Shown here: piece by piece, positions 32,318 to 43,609 of the stretch
How positions within the stretch are numbered: position 1 is the stretch's first letter
How the letters are laid out: each line of letters opens with the position of its first letter
Assembly (NCBI GenBank): GCA_963718235.1
Contig: CAVQYR010000001.1
Span: forward strand, 1,440,001-1,504,000
Direction of reading: 5' to 3'
DNA length: 64,000 nucleotides
Source of the DNA: an uncultured Actinomycetota bacterium
GTDB taxonomy: Bacteria; Actinomycetota; Actinomycetes; JAHEKZ01
The notes under the pieces: generated by a model
The model's input: the letters and a program-made list of their open reading frames with translations, nothing else
Databases searched by the model: none
What the model was told of the DNA's origin: nothing
Program-made: the position numbers and the translations under genes

Positions 32318-32896
32318 TCAGCCGATCGGACGGACGCCCACCACCCGCACCCAGCCCCCCGGCCGGATCACTCCCGGCCGCTCGACCCAGCCGGTCACTC
32401 CCCTCAGGTGCATCGCCGCCTTCGGGAACTTCTCCGGCAGCGTGCCGTAACGGTCGTGGACGAGCCCGCCCGCGATCGTGCAGGGGTTGTTGGCGCCGAG
32501 GACCACGACCACCGCTCCATCGGTGTCCTCGGAGTCGCCTTCGCCCTCGAAAACCAGCCGGGTCATCGGGGCAAGCTGGCTCAGCCGGTCGATGCCCGAG
32601 GTGCACACGTTGTCGGCGACCGTGCCCGGGGCCAGCTGGGACAGCCCGAGTTTGGCTGCCACCTGAGCGAGCTCCCCGGCGTCGACAATCGACACCTGCC
32701 GGTTGTTGCGGATCTGGGTGCCGGGCTCGTAGAGCCAGCGCTGCCGGACGTCGCTGCTCATGGTGACGCCGTGGTGGCGGTCACCGACCGGACCGCCGAA
32801 GTCGAGCTCGAGGGCGCTCACCGCCTGTGGGGCGGAGGCTCCGTGCGGCCACACGTGGACGGCGAGGGTCGTGCCCTCGATGGGGGTGTCGGTCAC
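32318..32896 (-). CDS. MOSC domain protein
   Basis: GPVGDRH, RQVSIV, PG..ADN, N.PC and [13 protein letters not shown] motifs. Confidence 0.8.
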   Translation of the reverse strand: MTDTPIEGTTLAVHVWPHGASAPQAVSALELDFGGPVGDRHHGVTMSSDVRQRWLYEPGTQIRNNRQVSIVDAGELAQVAAKLGLSQLAPGTVADNVCTSGIDRLSQLAPMTRLVFEGEGDSEDTDGAVVVVLGANNPCTIAGGLVHDRYGTLPEKFPKAAMHLRGVTGWVERPGVIRPGGWVRVVGVRPIG

Positions 32897-33822
32897 GACG
32901 ACGTCCGCGCTGCCGTGGCCTGCTGGTACAGCCGGCCGGCGCGGTACGACGAGCGCACCAGTGGACCGCTCATGACACCGAGGAAGCCCAGCTGCAGCGC
33001 GTGCCGTCCGAAGGTGTCGAACTCGTCAGGCTCCACCCACCGCTCGACGGGGTGGTGGCGCTCGCTCGGTCGCAGGTACTGGGTGATCGTCAGCAGGTCA
33101 CAGCCCGCCTCGCGGAGGTCGCTCATGGTCTGCTCGACCTCCTCGGGGGTCTCGCCCATGCCGAGGATGAGGTTGGACTTGGTCACCAGGCCGGCCGCCC
33201 GCGCGGCGTCGATGACCGCGAGCGAGCGGTCGTAGCGGAAGCCCGGCCGGATCCTCCGGAAGACGCGACGGACCGTCTCGACGTTGTGCGCGAAGACCTC
33301 CGGTGCCGCGTCGAAGACCTCCTGCAGCAGCTCAGGTCGCCCTGAGAAGTCGGGGGCGAGCAGCTCGACGCCGCTGTCGGGGTTCAGCGCATGGATCTGG
33401 CGCACGGTCTCGGCGTACAGCCAGGCACCTTCGTCGTCGAGGTCGTCGCGTGCGACGCCGGTGACGGTCGCGTACCGCAGTCCCATCGTGGCGACACTCT
33501 CGGCGACCCGCCGGGGCTCGTCGCGGTCGAGCGCGGCCGGTCGTCCGGTGTCGATCTGGCAGAAGTCACAACGCCGAGTGCACTGGTCGCCACCGATCAG
33601 GAACGTCGCCTCACGGTCCTCCCAGCACTCGAAGATGTTGGGGCAGGCCGCTGCCTCGCACACGGTGTGCAGGCCCTCGTCGCGAACAAGCCCCTTGATC
33701 TCCGTGTACGCCGGACCGGTGCGCAGCCGGGTCTTGATCCACGGCGGCTTGTGCTCGATCGGGGTCTCGGCGTTGCGGACCTCCAGGCGCAGCAGCCTAC
33801 GTCCTTCGGGGGCGACGGTCAC
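32893..33822 (-). CDS. lipA: Lipoyl synthase
   Basis: [20 protein letters not shown] and RSSY motifs. Confidence 0.98.
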   Translation of the reverse strand: MTVAPEGRRLLRLEVRNAETPIEHKPPWIKTRLRTGPAYTEIKGLVRDEGLHTVCEAAACPNIFECWEDREATFLIGGDQCTRRCDFCQIDTGRPAALDRDEPRRVAESVATMGLRYATVTGVARDDLDDEGAWLYAETVRQIHALNPDSGVELLAPDFSGRPELLQEVFDAAPEVFAHNVETVRRVFRRIRPGFRYDRSLAVIDAARAAGLVTKSNLILGMGETPEEVEQTMSDLREAGCDLLTITQYLRPSERHHPVERWVEPDEFDTFGRHALQLGFLGVMSGPLVRSSYRAGRLYQQATAARTSS

Positions 33823-33907
33823 GGGTCCACCTTACGTCGCCGGACTGGCGCCGGCCCGTCCGCCGGGAGTGGTGCTGGGGTCGCATGCGGCGCACGGCCG
33901 CACCGTG

Positions 33908-34600
33908 TCAGCGGGTGCGGATGAGCCCGTCGAGCCGCGCCTCGACGAGGGGGAGCACGTCTCGGACGCCAAGGGGACGGCCCAGCTCGTTGGACAGGGT
34001 CGTGACCCCGGCGTCGGCGATTCCGCACGGGACGATCGCGCCGTAGGACGACAGGTCGCAGTCGGCGTTGATCGCGAACCCGTGCATGGCAACCCCGCGC
34101 GAGACCCGGAGCCCGATCGCAGCCACCTTGCGGTCGGGACCTCGGTCGTCAGCCGGGATCCAGACTCCGCTGCGCCCTTCGACCCGGGCGGTGTGCAGGC
34201 CCAGCTCGTCGCAGACGTCGATGAGCAGCTGTTCGATCCTGCGCACGAAGGCGACGACGTCGATCGGGTCGGCAAGGCGCACGATCGGGTACCCGACGAG
34301 CTGTCCGGGCCCGTGCCAGGTGATCTTGCCGCCGCGGTCGACATCGACCACGGGCGTCGTCGTCACGCCCGGCTGGGGGCGGTCCCAGGAGTTGGTGCGC
34401 TTTCCGGCGGTGTAGACCGGTTCGTGCTCCAGCAGCAGCACCGTGTCGGGCGTAGCCCCGGACACGACCCCGCTGTGGATCTCGCGCTGCACGGCCCAGC
34501 CGGTCTCGTAGGGCACGAGATCGGGCGCGAAGCCCAGGTGCACGACGCGCAGCGCGCTGCCGGTGGACGTCGGAGAGGCGGACGTCGTCGTCGATGTCAC
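33908..34600 (-). CDS. lipB: Octanoyltransferase
   Basis: [27 protein letters not shown] and IVPCGI motifs. Confidence 0.97.
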   Translation of the reverse strand: MTSTTTSASPTSTGSALRVVHLGFAPDLVPYETGWAVQREIHSGVVSGATPDTVLLLEHEPVYTAGKRTNSWDRPQPGVTTTPVVDVDRGGKITWHGPGQLVGYPIVRLADPIDVVAFVRRIEQLLIDVCDELGLHTARVEGRSGVWIPADDRGPDRKVAAIGLRVSRGVAMHGFAINADCDLSSYGAIVPCGIADAGVTTLSNELGRPLGVRDVLPLVEARLDGLIRTR

Positions 34601-34713
34601 AGGCCCCAGGCTACGCGTCGCCGTCTCGCGCCCGATCGCGCCCGAAACTGGTACTGATCGGGCGAGAAACCTGGGCGAGCGGGCTGACTGGCGCGTCAGT
34701 AGGCTCCCGGCCC

Positions 34714-37086
34714 ATGGAGCAGCAGCGCACGAAGCAGGCCCGCGGAGCCGTCTGGATCGCCCTGGCCGTCATCCTCGGCTGGTTCGCCCTGGGCTCGGTG
34801 ATCGGCCCGGCCGCGGGCCAGCTGTCCAGCGCCCAGGAGAACGACAACGCGACCTTCCTGCCCGCCGACGCCGAGTCGACCCTGGTCATCGACAAGCAGG
34901 CCACCTTCGCCGAAGAGTCGACCCTGCCCGTCATCGTGCTGTTCTCCGACGACGGGGCCCTGACCGAGGACCAGCTCGCCGCGGTGAGTGCCTTCGCTGC
35001 GGACGCTCCGGACCTTCCGGTGGAGATCGGCCCATCGGGTCCGGCCACGGTCTCGGAGTTCCTCGGCACCGCACCGATCACCGTGGTCCCCTCCGAGGAC
35101 GGCGAAGCCGCCCTGGTCACCGTGGCGCTGGCCGAGGACAAGGTCACCGACGCCCTGGAGAACGGTGAGTCGCCCGTGCTCGCGGTGGTCGAGTCACTGA
35201 CCGACGGAGCCGCCGAAGCGGCCAGTCCGGTCGGCCTGCGGGCCTACGTGACGGGCCCGGGGGGCATCCTCGCCGACCTGATCTCGGTGTTCGGGGACAT
35301 CGACGGCACGCTGCTTCTGGCCACCGCGCTGGTGGTCACGGTGATCCTGATCCTGGTCTACCGCAGCCCGTTCCTGTGGGTCATCCCGTTGGTCAGCGCC
35401 GGGTTCGCGCTCAGCGTCGCCAGCGCCGTCGTGTACTTCCTGGCGAAGGCCGACATCGTCCAGCTGAACGGCCAGAGCCAGGGGATCCTCACCGTCCTGG
35501 TGTTCGGGTGCGGGACCGACTACGCCCTGCTCACCGTCAGCCGATACCGCGAGGAGCTGCACCTGCACGAGAGTCCCGTCGACGCGCTCAAGGCGGCATG
35601 GCGGGGCACCGTCGAGCCGATCGCCGCATCGGCCGGCACGGCATCGATCGGTCTGCTGATGCTGTTGTTCTCCGACCTCAACTCCAACAAGTCGACTGGG
35701 CCGGTTGCGGCGGTCGGCATCGTGTCCGCACTTGTCGTGATGCTCACCTTCCTTCCCGCTCTTCTTCTGGTGCCGGCCGCCGCGTTGCCGCTGGGCGCCC
35801 TGCTCGGCGTCTTGATCCCGGGCATCGTGCTCGACCTGCTCTTCGGCGTCTCGCTGACCCCGTTCGCGATCGTGGGCGGAGTGCTTGCCCTGGTCACCCT
35901 GGTCGGCGTCGTGGTGGGCGGCATCCTGCGCCTCGTCTACCGACACGGCGGCGGTCCGGCGTTCGTGCGCTGGCCGGCCGTGCGCTGGGCCTTCTGGCCG
36001 AAGGTGCCCCACGCGGACAGCGTCGACGAGAAGCTGTCCGGAGGCTGGTCGAAGGTGGCGGACGGGATCGGACGGCGTCCGAGGCTGGTCTGGATCGGCG
36101 CGGCCGGGGCCCTCCTCGTGCTCGCCGCCTTCAGCAGCACGCTGGACTCCAACGGGATCGCTACGACCGAGGCGTTCGTCGAGGACGTCGACTCGGTGGC
36201 CGGCCAGACCGAGCTGGCCAACCACTTCCCGGCCGGGGCCGGCAGTCCGGCGATCGTCATCGGACCTGCCGACCAGCTCGACGCGATGACCGCCACGCTC
36301 AGCGGGCTGGACGGCGTGGCCGCCGTCGTGCCGTTCACCGGCCAGCAGAGTGGTCCGCCCGACCCCGAGGCGCCCACTCCCGAGCCTGTGGTGGTCGACG
36401 GGCTCGTGCAGCTGCAGGTGACGCTCTCCGACCCCGCTGACTCAGCCGCTGCCGAGGACACGCTGGTCCAGATGCGGGCCGAGCTCGACGACGTCGCCGG
36501 CGGCGAGGCGCTGGTCGGTGGCACGACGGCGGTGAACTACGACACCCAGCAGGCCAGCAAGCGCGACAACCGCGTGGTCATCCCTCTCGTGCTCGCCGTG
36601 ATCTTCATCATCCTGATGATCCTGCTGAGGTCGCTGCTGGCCCCGGTGCTGCTGATCGGAACCGTCGTGCTGTCCTACTTCGCCACCCTTGGGCTGTCGG
36701 CCATCGCGTTCGACCTCAAGGGCTTCCCGGGCTCGGACGCCTCGTTCCCCTTGTTCACCTTCGTGTTCCTCGTCGCGCTCGGCATCGACTACAACATCTT
36801 CTTGATGACCCGGGTGCGCGAGGAGTCGTTCAAGCTCGGCACCCGGGCCGGGATCCTGCGCGGCCTCACCGTCACCGGCGGGGTGATCACCAGCGCGGGC
36901 GTCGTGCTCGCAGCGACCTTCCTCGTGCTCGGGATCCTGCCCCTCGTCTTCTTGCAGCAGATCGGTTTCGCGGTGGCCGCCGGCGTCCTGCTCGACACGC
37001 TGATCGTGCGATCGCTGCTCGTACCGGCGCTGAGCTACGACATCGGGCCCCCGATCTGGTGGCCCTCCGCACTCGCCAAGAAGTGA
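34714..37086 (+). CDS. MMPL/RND family transporter
   Basis: FG.GTDYALL.VSRYREE and [16 protein letters not shown] duplicated MMPL signatures. Confidence 0.93.
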   Translation: MEQQRTKQARGAVWIALAVILGWFALGSVIGPAAGQLSSAQENDNATFLPADAESTLVIDKQATFAEESTLPVIVLFSDDGALTEDQLAAVSAFAADAPDLPVEIGPSGPATVSEFLGTAPITVVPSEDGEAALVTVALAEDKVTDALENGESPVLAVVESLTDGAAEAASPVGLRAYVTGPGGILADLISVFGDIDGTLLLATALVVTVILILVYRSPFLWVIPLVSAGFALSVASAVVYFLAKADIVQLNGQSQGILTVLVFGCGTDYALLTVSRYREELHLHESPVDALKAAWRGTVEPIAASAGTASIGLLMLLFSDLNSNKSTGPVAAVGIVSALVVMLTFLPALLLVPAAALPLGALLGVLIPGIVLDLLFGVSLTPFAIVGGVLALVTLVGVVVGGILRLVYRHGGGPAFVRWPAVRWAFWPKVPHADSVDEKLSGGWSKVADGIGRRPRLVWIGAAGALLVLAAFSSTLDSNGIATTEAFVEDVDSVAGQTELANHFPAGAGSPAIVIGPADQLDAMTATLSGLDGVAAVVPFTGQQSGPPDPEAPTPEPVVVDGLVQLQVTLSDPADSAAAEDTLVQMRAELDDVAGGEALVGGTTAVNYDTQQASKRDNRVVIPLVLAVIFIILMILLRSLLAPVLLIGTVVLSYFATLGLSAIAFDLKGFPGSDASFPLFTFVFLVALGIDYNIFLMTRVREESFKLGTRAGILRGLTVTGGVITSAGVVLAATFLVLGILPLVFLQQIGFAVAAGVLLDTLIVRSLLVPALSYDIGPPIWWPSALAKK

Positions 37087-37102
37087 CCTCCGTCGTGTCG
37101 GC

Positions 37103-38239
37103 ATGAGCCAGCTCGGCTCACCCGCCCGCGACCGACGGGCCTACGCGTCCCTGCTGACGCTGGGCGTGGTCGACGCCGCCGCGTACTCGGTCATCGGGCC
37201 GGTGCTGCCGGTCATCGCCGAGGAGAACGGCGCCTCGGCGAGCACGATGGGTGTGTTCGCCGCCGTCTTTCCCCTCGTCATGCTGGTCGGCCTGGCTGCG
37301 TCCGGGCACCAGATCCGGCACGGGCGGCTGCGCCACGTGCTGGGGGTGTCGCTGGCCCTGCTCGCGGTCGGCGCGGGCGCGTTCGTGGTCACGTCGGACC
37401 TCGCCTGGCTGTTCGTCGCCCGGGCGGTGATGGGCCTGGGCTCCGGCGGTCTGTGGATGGGCGTCACGTTCCGGACGCTGGAGTACTGGCCCGGCCGCGA
37501 GTACCGGTGCATGAGCCGGATCTACGCCGCGTACTCGGTGGGGGCGCTCGTCGGGCCGGCGCTTGGCGCCCTTCCGGGCTCGCACCTGCCGTTCGCTGCG
37601 TACCTGGTCGTCCTGCTCGCGGTCTCCCCGCTCCTGCACTTCCTGCCCGAGCCTCTGGAGGCGCGCCCCTACGTCACCGACCACTCGTGGCGACGTCTGC
37701 CCGGCTTCTGGTACGCCGCCGGCGGCATCATGCTCGGCATGCTGGCCGTCGGGATGGTCGACGGCGTGCTCCCGCTGCACTTCAGCACGCTGCTCAGCCA
37801 GACCCAGATCGGGCTGGCGTACGTTGCGACTGCAGTGGTCACGGCGGCGGCCGCGGTCGCCTCGGGCCACCTGCGGCCGGGGGTGGCTCTGCTGCTGGGC
37901 GGCGTCGCGATGACCCTCGGCGTCACCGGCGCGGGGGCCACTACTGCGGTCAACGCGTGGCTGGTGGCCCTGGCCCTCATCGGCTTCGGCGGGGGTGCCG
38001 CCCAGACCGGTTCGACCGGGGTGCTGCTCGAGGAGATCCCCACGGACCGCATCGTCAGTGCGATGACGGTGTGGTCCCAGCTCGGGATCATGGGCTACTT
38101 CATCGCCCCTGCAGTGGGCGGCCCGATGGCCGAGCACCTCGGCTATGCCTCACTGGGTCTGGTGCCACTCGCGCTGGGGGCGCTCACCCTGGTTCTGGGC
38201 ATCGTGACCAAGCGCTCGGACCGTTACGCGCAGCCTTAG
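37103..38239 (+). CDS. MFS transporter
   Basis: About 12 TM helices; LFVARAVMGLGSG motif. Confidence 0.88.
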   Translation: MSQLGSPARDRRAYASLLTLGVVDAAAYSVIGPVLPVIAEENGASASTMGVFAAVFPLVMLVGLAASGHQIRHGRLRHVLGVSLALLAVGAGAFVVTSDLAWLFVARAVMGLGSGGLWMGVTFRTLEYWPGREYRCMSRIYAAYSVGALVGPALGALPGSHLPFAAYLVVLLAVSPLLHFLPEPLEARPYVTDHSWRRLPGFWYAAGGIMLGMLAVGMVDGVLPLHFSTLLSQTQIGLAYVATAVVTAAAAVASGHLRPGVALLLGGVAMTLGVTGAGATTAVNAWLVALALIGFGGGAAQTGSTGVLLEEIPTDRIVSAMTVWSQLGIMGYFIAPAVGGPMAEHLGYASLGLVPLALGALTLVLGIVTKRSDRYAQP

Positions 38240-38257
38240 CGTCACGGGGCGGTTCGC

Positions 38258-38983
38258 TCAGACCGCCCCGACCGGCAGTCGGGTCTCCACCGCGTCGTTC
38301 CCGACCCGCTCGACCCGGTAGGCGGCGGGTCCGTCGTCCGTGACGGTCTCGTCGGACAGGACGGCGACGGGCTCGACGCCTTCGTAGAGCACGCCGATCC
38401 CGTCGTCGGTGGCGTAGGACAGGGGCAGCGTGGCGTCGGCGACCAGGGAGTGGAGCAACGGACGTCGCTGCGGCTCGCTGTCGTAGTGCACGCCGTTGCC
38501 GTAGGGAAGCAGTGCGAGCCCGTCCGTGACGGCTCGCAGCTGAGGTCCGAACGAGTCGGTGGTGCCCCCGACGTGCCAACACAGGGAACCGGCGCTCACC
38601 CCGGCGAGCACGATGCCGGCGTCCCACGCTTCGGCGAACAGCGTGTCCAGTCCATGCGTGCGCCAAACCGCCAGCAGGTTGGCGACCGATCCTCCGCCGA
38701 CCCACACGAGGTCGGACCCGAGGATCGCATCGCGTGGCTCGAGGTTCGGCTGGGAGAACAGCTCGAGGTGCGAGACGTCGACCGACCATCCGCTCAATGC
38801 GGAGTAAGTGCGCGCCAGGTAGCCGCGGTCGTCGCCGCTGGCGGTCATCACCAGCGTGAGCCGCGGCCGCGACTTTCCGGTGAGTCGAAGCGCCTCGGCC
38901 ATGAGCCCCCCGGGACGCGCGACGTTCCAACGGTCGGTGGGCAGGAAGCCGCCACTCGTGGCGAGGATTCGTCGGGGGGTCAT
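38258..38983 (-). CDS. Peptidase E (S51 family)
   Basis: TASGD, VWVGGGS.ANL, GVSAG (Ser) and VHYD (His); ATG overlaps the upstream stop. Confidence 0.9.
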   Translation of the reverse strand: MTPRRILATSGGFLPTDRWNVARPGGLMAEALRLTGKSRPRLTLVMTASGDDRGYLARTYSALSGWSVDVSHLELFSQPNLEPRDAILGSDLVWVGGGSVANLLAVWRTHGLDTLFAEAWDAGIVLAGVSAGSLCWHVGGTTDSFGPQLRAVTDGLALLPYGNGVHYDSEPQRRPLLHSLVADATLPLSYATDDGIGVLYEGVEPVAVLSDETVTDDGPAAYRVERVGNDAVETRLPVGAV

Positions 38984-40239
38984 GAGTCTCCTCGGTCGGC
39001 CAGGACGGCGTCGGCTGCGCGACGGCCGGAGACCATCGCACCCTGGATGGACGACGAGTCTCGGTGGTCTCCCGCGACGAACAGCCCCGGCTCGAGCCGC
39101 ACGGGACGTCGGAAGTCGTGCGGGGGAGCCATCGCCGGGAGGGCGCCGGCGATCGGGTACACGGCGACGTCGTCCCATGCACTCGTGTCGCACCCGTAGA
39201 GCACGGCGAGGTGTTGGCGGACTGCGGTCGCGGCGTGCGGGCCGGTGTCGGTGCCGAGCACCGACGACGAGACCAAGGCCTTGCCCGTCGGCGCGTATGA
39301 CGCCGAGGCATGGTTGATCACCACCGTGTTGACGACCGGTCCGCTGTGGTCGCCGTCCACGGAGAGCAACGGCTCCCCGTCGGCCAGCATGACGTCGTTG
39401 CTCGCGTGGTACCACGTGGTGACCTGATTCATGTCCGGCACGGCCAGTCCGGGCAACAGATCGGCAGCCGTGGTCGGGTCAGTGGCCACGACGACGGCCC
39501 GCGCCCGACGGACGCCGTCGTCGGTGGTGACCGTCCCGGGGGTCACGCTGTGCACCGGTGTGTTCAGCGTGACCGCTCCGTCTGGGAGCGGCGACGCAAG
39601 CTGCTCGGGGATCTGCTGCATGCCGAGCGCGGGGACCGACGGGGTTCCGCGCAGGAAGGTGCGGACCACGAGGTCGGCGAAGCGACGCGACGTCGTGAGG
39701 TCGGCCTCCAGGAACACGCCGCTGAGGAACGGGCGCAGCACGCAGTCGATGAAGCGTTCGGACAGCCCGAGACCTCGCAGGTGCTGCTCGGTGGTCGTGT
39801 CGAGCTCGTCGACGATGGCGCGAGGGTCGCGTCGCGCCTGGCGCACGACCCACGCCGCCAGGCGGGCCCGGTCACCGACGCCGCCGACCGGCGCCCGCAG
39901 CCCCTCCCAGACCCAGGTCGGGTGCTCGCGCGGGTCGCCCAGCCTCCAGCTGCGTCCCTGCAGTGCCACCTGCAGCCCGCGGCTCAGTGGTCGCAGATCA
40001 AGCGCAACGTGGTCGAGGACCCGTCGTCCCTCCGGGTAGGCGGGGTTGTACAGCTGGAAGCCGCGGTCGAGCCGGAAGCCGTCGACGACGTCGGTTCGGA
40101 CCCGACCTCCGACCGCGTCGGAGGCCTCGAGCACCTGGACGTCGAGGCCGGCCTCGTGCAGGACCCGTGCTGCGCACAGCCCGGCCAGGCCGGCGCCCAC
40201 GACGATGACGTCGTGCTCGCTCCCTCGTTCTGTGGTCAA
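38980..40239 (-). CDS. FAD-dependent oxidoreductase (flavin amine oxidase/phytoene desaturase-like)
   Basis: VVGAGLAGL, LEASDAVGGR, DRGFQ and AGDH...SIQGA..SGRRAA motifs. Confidence 0.9.
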   Translation of the reverse strand: MTTERGSEHDVIVVGAGLAGLCAARVLHEAGLDVQVLEASDAVGGRVRTDVVDGFRLDRGFQLYNPAYPEGRRVLDHVALDLRPLSRGLQVALQGRSWRLGDPREHPTWVWEGLRAPVGGVGDRARLAAWVVRQARRDPRAIVDELDTTTEQHLRGLGLSERFIDCVLRPFLSGVFLEADLTTSRRFADLVVRTFLRGTPSVPALGMQQIPEQLASPLPDGAVTLNTPVHSVTPGTVTTDDGVRRARAVVVATDPTTAADLLPGLAVPDMNQVTTWYHASNDVMLADGEPLLSVDGDHSGPVVNTVVINHASASYAPTGKALVSSSVLGTDTGPHAATAVRQHLAVLYGCDTSAWDDVAVYPIAGALPAMAPPHDFRRPVRLEPGLFVAGDHRDSSSIQGAMVSGRRAADAVLADRGDS

Positions 40240-40392
40240 CGCGCGCTCACCCCGCCCTCACCGGCTCTCACCCGGCTCTCACCTCTCACCCGGCCCCCGG
40301 TCGCTTCGCCGTCGGAGGCTAGCGGGGTCGACGCTCCGGCGGCTGTGGATGGCGGCGGTCGTCGTTCCTCCCGATGCCTGACCCTTGGCGCC

Positions 40393-40797
40393 ATGAGTGG
40401 CGAGACCGACCCGCTGTGGCCGCTGCCGCACCTGCTGTCGGTGACCCGGCTCAGCCCCGACCAGCGTCGCACCGTGCTCGTGGGCGTCGTACTCGCCGTG
40501 GCTGCGGCTCACCGTCAGCGCCGTCCGGTGGGTCCGCTGCATCTCACCCATGTCGAGGTCGACGCCGGCGGGCGACCCACCCTGCGTGCGAGCGGCGTGC
40601 CTGAGGGCTGGACGGTCGACGACGACCTGCAGGCGGTCCGGCGGCTGGCCCGCTCACTGGGCTGCGCTGTCGCCACCGTCGGCGATCTCGAGGCGTTGGT
40701 GGTCGAGCTGCTGGCGGCGGGGGTCGAGCCGTTGCCCATCAGGCCGCGGCCAGCGCACCGGCGAGCGCGTCCTCGATGGTGGGGTCGTCGAAGGTGA
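40393..40797 (+). CDS. Hypothetical protein, possibly a degenerate kinase-like fragment
   Basis: AVAAAH....VGPL....VEVDAGGRPTL resembles kinase subdomains VIa-VII without catalytic residues. Confidence 0.4.
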   Translation: MSGETDPLWPLPHLLSVTRLSPDQRRTVLVGVVLAVAAAHRQRRPVGPLHLTHVEVDAGGRPTLRASGVPEGWTVDDDLQAVRRLARSLGCAVATVGDLEALVVELLAAGVEPLPIRPRPAHRRARPRWWGRRR

Positions 40798-41634
40798 ACC
40801 CGGCCTCCAGCAGCCGCGCCGGGAGCACGCGCGCGCTGCCGAGCACCTCCTGGGACATCTCGCCGAGCACCGCCTTGAGCGCGAAGGAGGGCACCGGGAG
40901 CACCGTGGGTCGGTGCAGCAGCGCGCCCATCGCCTTGGTGACCTCGGCGTTCGTCGCGGGGTTCGGCGCGGTGAGGTTGTAGGCGCCGGACAGCGGCTCT
41001 TGGTCGATGAGGAAGCGCAGTGCGCGCACCTCGTCGTGCAGCGAGATCCAGCTCCACCACTGGCTCCCGGAGCCGAGCCGACCTCCGACGCCGAGCCGGA
41101 ACAGCGGCCACATCCGGCCCCAGGCTCCCCCCTTGCCGGCCACCACCAGGCCGGACCTGGAGTGGACCACCCGGATCCCGGCGTCCGAGGCGGGCCGGGT
41201 GGAGGCCTCCCACGCCGTGACGACCTCGGCGAGGAACCCCTCACCGGGCGGGTCGGCCTCGGTGACCGCTCGGTCACCGGGACTGCCGTAGTAGCCGATG
41301 GCCGAGCCGCACACGAACACCGCGGGCAACGGGTCGAGTGCGGCAGCGGCCCGGGCGAGAGTGGCCGTGCCGACGACCCGACTGTCGCGGATCTCGCGCT
41401 TGTAGGACTCGCTCCAGCGCCTGTCCCCGACGCCGGGACCCGCGAGGTGAACGACCGCCTCGGTCCCGGCCAGGGCGTCCAGGTCGACCGTGCCGACCAT
41501 GGGGTCCCACGACACCTCGCCGACGCCGTGGTGGGCCGACGGACCAGTCGCAGAACCTCGTGGCCGTCGCCGACCAGCGACGCCGACAGAGCACTGCCGA
41601 TCAGACCAGATGCCCCAGAGATCGCGATCCTCAT
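40739..41634 (-). CDS. TIGR01777 family NAD-dependent epimerase (one frameshift near 41520)
   Basis: MRIAISGASGLIG in one frame; HLAG, SAIGYYG and GSGSQW.SWI in the next. Confidence 0.9.
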
Positions 41635-41661
41635 GGGCTCATCGTGTCGCGATGCCGGCGC

Positions 41662-41695
41662 CGGGGCTACTCGGGGCTACTCGGGGCTACTCGGG
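41662..41695. repeat. 10-bp tandem repeat (CGGGGCTACT) x3.4
   Basis: Directly visible. Confidence 0.9.
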
Positions 41696-41708
41696 CACCG
41701 CCGTCTTT

Positions 41709-41770
41709 GTTGATCATGGAGAAGATGACGCCGTTCGGGCCCGAGAGTGGACATCATGTGCATGATCAAC
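41709..41770. repeat. REP-like palindromic element GTTGATCATG...CATGATCAAC; probable terminator of sucB/dlaT
   Basis: Perfect 10-bp terminal inverted repeat with inner GATG/CATC pairing, 8 nt past the stop. Confidence 0.7.
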
Positions 41771-41778
41771 TTGGGGGG

Positions 41779-43584
41779 TCAGAGCCCGAGGTCGGACTCG
41801 AAGGCGGCCTCCTCCAGCCGGTCCTTGACCGCGACGAGGAAGCGGGCCGCCTCGGCACCGTCGACCAGCCGGTGGTCGTAGGTGAGGGCGAGGAACACCA
41901 TGGACCGCACGGCGATCACATCGCCACCGGTGTCATCGGTGACGACGACCGGGCGCTTCACGACCGACCCCGTGCCGAGGATGCCCACCTCAGGCTGGTT
42001 GATGATCGGCGTGTCGAACAGGGCCCCTCGGCTGCCCGTGTTGGTGAGGGTGAACGTGCCCCCGGCCAGCTCGTCCGGGGTGATCTTGCTCTCGCGGGTG
42101 CGCGAGGCCAGGTCGGCGATCCGCTTGGCGAGCCCGGCGACGTTGAGGTCGCCGGCCTGGTGGATCACCGGCACGAGCAGCCCGCGCTCGGTGTCCACGG
42201 CGATCCCGAGGTTCTCGGCATCGTGGTAGGTGACAGTGCCCGCGTCGGTGTCGATCGTGGCGTTGACCACTGGGTACTGCTTGAGCGCCTCGACCGTCGC
42301 CTTGGCGAAGAACGGCAGGAAGCTGAGCTTCACGCCCTCGCGCTCCTCGAACTCGCGCTTGGCCCGCTGCCGCAGCGCGGCAACCCGGGTCACGTCGACC
42401 TCGACGACGGTGGTCAGCTGGGCCGAGGTCTGCAGCGACTGCACCATGCGGGCGGCGATCACCTTGCGCAGTCGGGACATCTTCTCGGTGCGCGCGCCGG
42501 TGGTGCCGGCGAGCGAGCTGCCGGTCCCAGTAGGTGCCGGAGTAGGTGCCGGAGCGGGTACCGGGGTGGAGGCCGCAGGGGGCGACGCCGCGGTCTGGGC
42601 GGCGCGGGCCTGGGCCACGACCTTGGCGGCCTCGAGCACGTCGTCCTTGCGGATGCGCCCACCCACCCCGGTGCCAGTGACCGACGCGAGGTCGACGCCG
42701 TACTCGGCCGCGAGCTTGCGTACCAGCGGCGTGACGTAGCCGACGTCGGAGCCGCCTGAGGTGTCTGCGGGCGCCGGCGTCGAGACCGGCGCTGACCCGG
42801 GTTCGGCCGCGGACTCGGCCGGGGGTTCGGGTGCGGGGGAGGGAGGCGCTGGTGCCGGCGGCTCAGGAGCCGGAGCCACCGCACCGACGGCCGCAGATGC
42901 GATGACCCCCAGCTCGCCGCCGACGTCGACGACACCGTCCTCGGGAACGGTGATCGCGGTGAGCGTGCCTGCGACCGGTGAGGGGATCTCGGTGTCGACC
43001 TTGTCGGTGGAGACCTCGACGAGCGGCTCGTCCAGCGCGACCGGGTCGCCGACGGCCTTGAGCCATCGGGTGACCGTGCCCTCGGTGACGCTCTCGCCGA
43101 GAGCGGGGAGCACGACTGAGGTCGACCCGGACGCAGTGGGCTCCGCGGCTGGGGCCGTAGTGGGTCGGGCTGCCGCGGCTGGGGCCGCAGTGGGTTCCGC
43201 GGCTGGGGCCGCAGTGGGTTCCGCGGCTGGGGCCGCAGTGGGTTCCGCGGCTGGGGTCTCGGGGATCGGCGCGGTCTCCTCCTGCGCCGGCACCGGGTCC
43301 TCCTCCGCAGCCGGGGCCGATGCCTGGGGCCGAAGGGGCGCCTCGTTCAGCGCCCCGATGACGGCGAGCTCGGCCCCGACGGCCACCGTGTCGTCCTCCT
43401 GGGCGAGGATCCGGAGCAGGACGCCGGACGTCGGCGCCGGGATCTCGGTGTCGACCTTGTCGGTGGAGACCTCGAGCAACGGCTCGTCGGCGGCGATCTC
43501 GTCGCCCTCCTTCTTCAGCCAGCGGGTGATCGTGCCCTCGGTCACGCTCTCGCCGAGCTGGGGCATGGTTACCGACACCGACAT
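41779..43584 (-). CDS. sucB: 2-oxoacid dehydrogenase E2 (dihydrolipoamide acyltransferase; SucB/DlaT), two lipoyl domains
   Basis: Two [10 protein letters not shown] lipoyl motifs, GTGVGGRI E3-binding motif, DHRLVDG active site. Confidence 0.95.
   Translation of the reverse strand: MSVSVTMPQLGESVTEGTITRWLKKEGDEIAADEPLLEVSTDKVDTEIPAPTSGVLLRILAQEDDTVAVGAELAVIGALNEAPLRPQASAPAAEEDPVPAQEETAPIPETPAAEPTAAPAAEPTAAPAAEPTAAPAAAARPTTAPAAEPTASGSTSVVLPALGESVTEGTVTRWLKAVGDPVALDEPLVEVSTDKVDTEIPSPVAGTLTAITVPEDGVVDVGGELGVIASAAVGAVAPAPEPPAPAPPSPAPEPPAESAAEPGSAPVSTPAPADTSGGSDVGYVTPLVRKLAAEYGVDLASVTGTGVGGRIRKDDVLEAAKVVAQARAAQTAASPPAASTPVPAPAPTPAPTGTGSSLAGTTGARTEKMSRLRKVIAARMVQSLQTSAQLTTVVEVDVTRVAALRQRAKREFEEREGVKLSFLPFFAKATVEALKQYPVVNATIDTDAGTVTYHDAENLGIAVDTERGLLVPVIHQAGDLNVAGLAKRIADLASRTRESKITPDELAGGTFTLTNTGSRGALFDTPIINQPEVGILGTGSVVKRPVVVTDDTGGDVIAVRSMVFLALTYDHRLVDGAEAARFLVAVKDRLEEAAFESDLGL
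43133..43256. repeat. 24-bp coding tandem repeat (about 5 copies, PAAEPTAA) in the E2 linker
   Basis: GCAGTGGGTTCCGCGGCTGGGGCC units. Confidence 0.85.
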
Positions 43585-43609
43585 CGCAGATCCCTTTCGC
43601 AGACGACGG

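Noticed and set aside
41662-41770. Possible CRISPR array
   Set aside because: 10-bp units without spacers; no cas genes in the window
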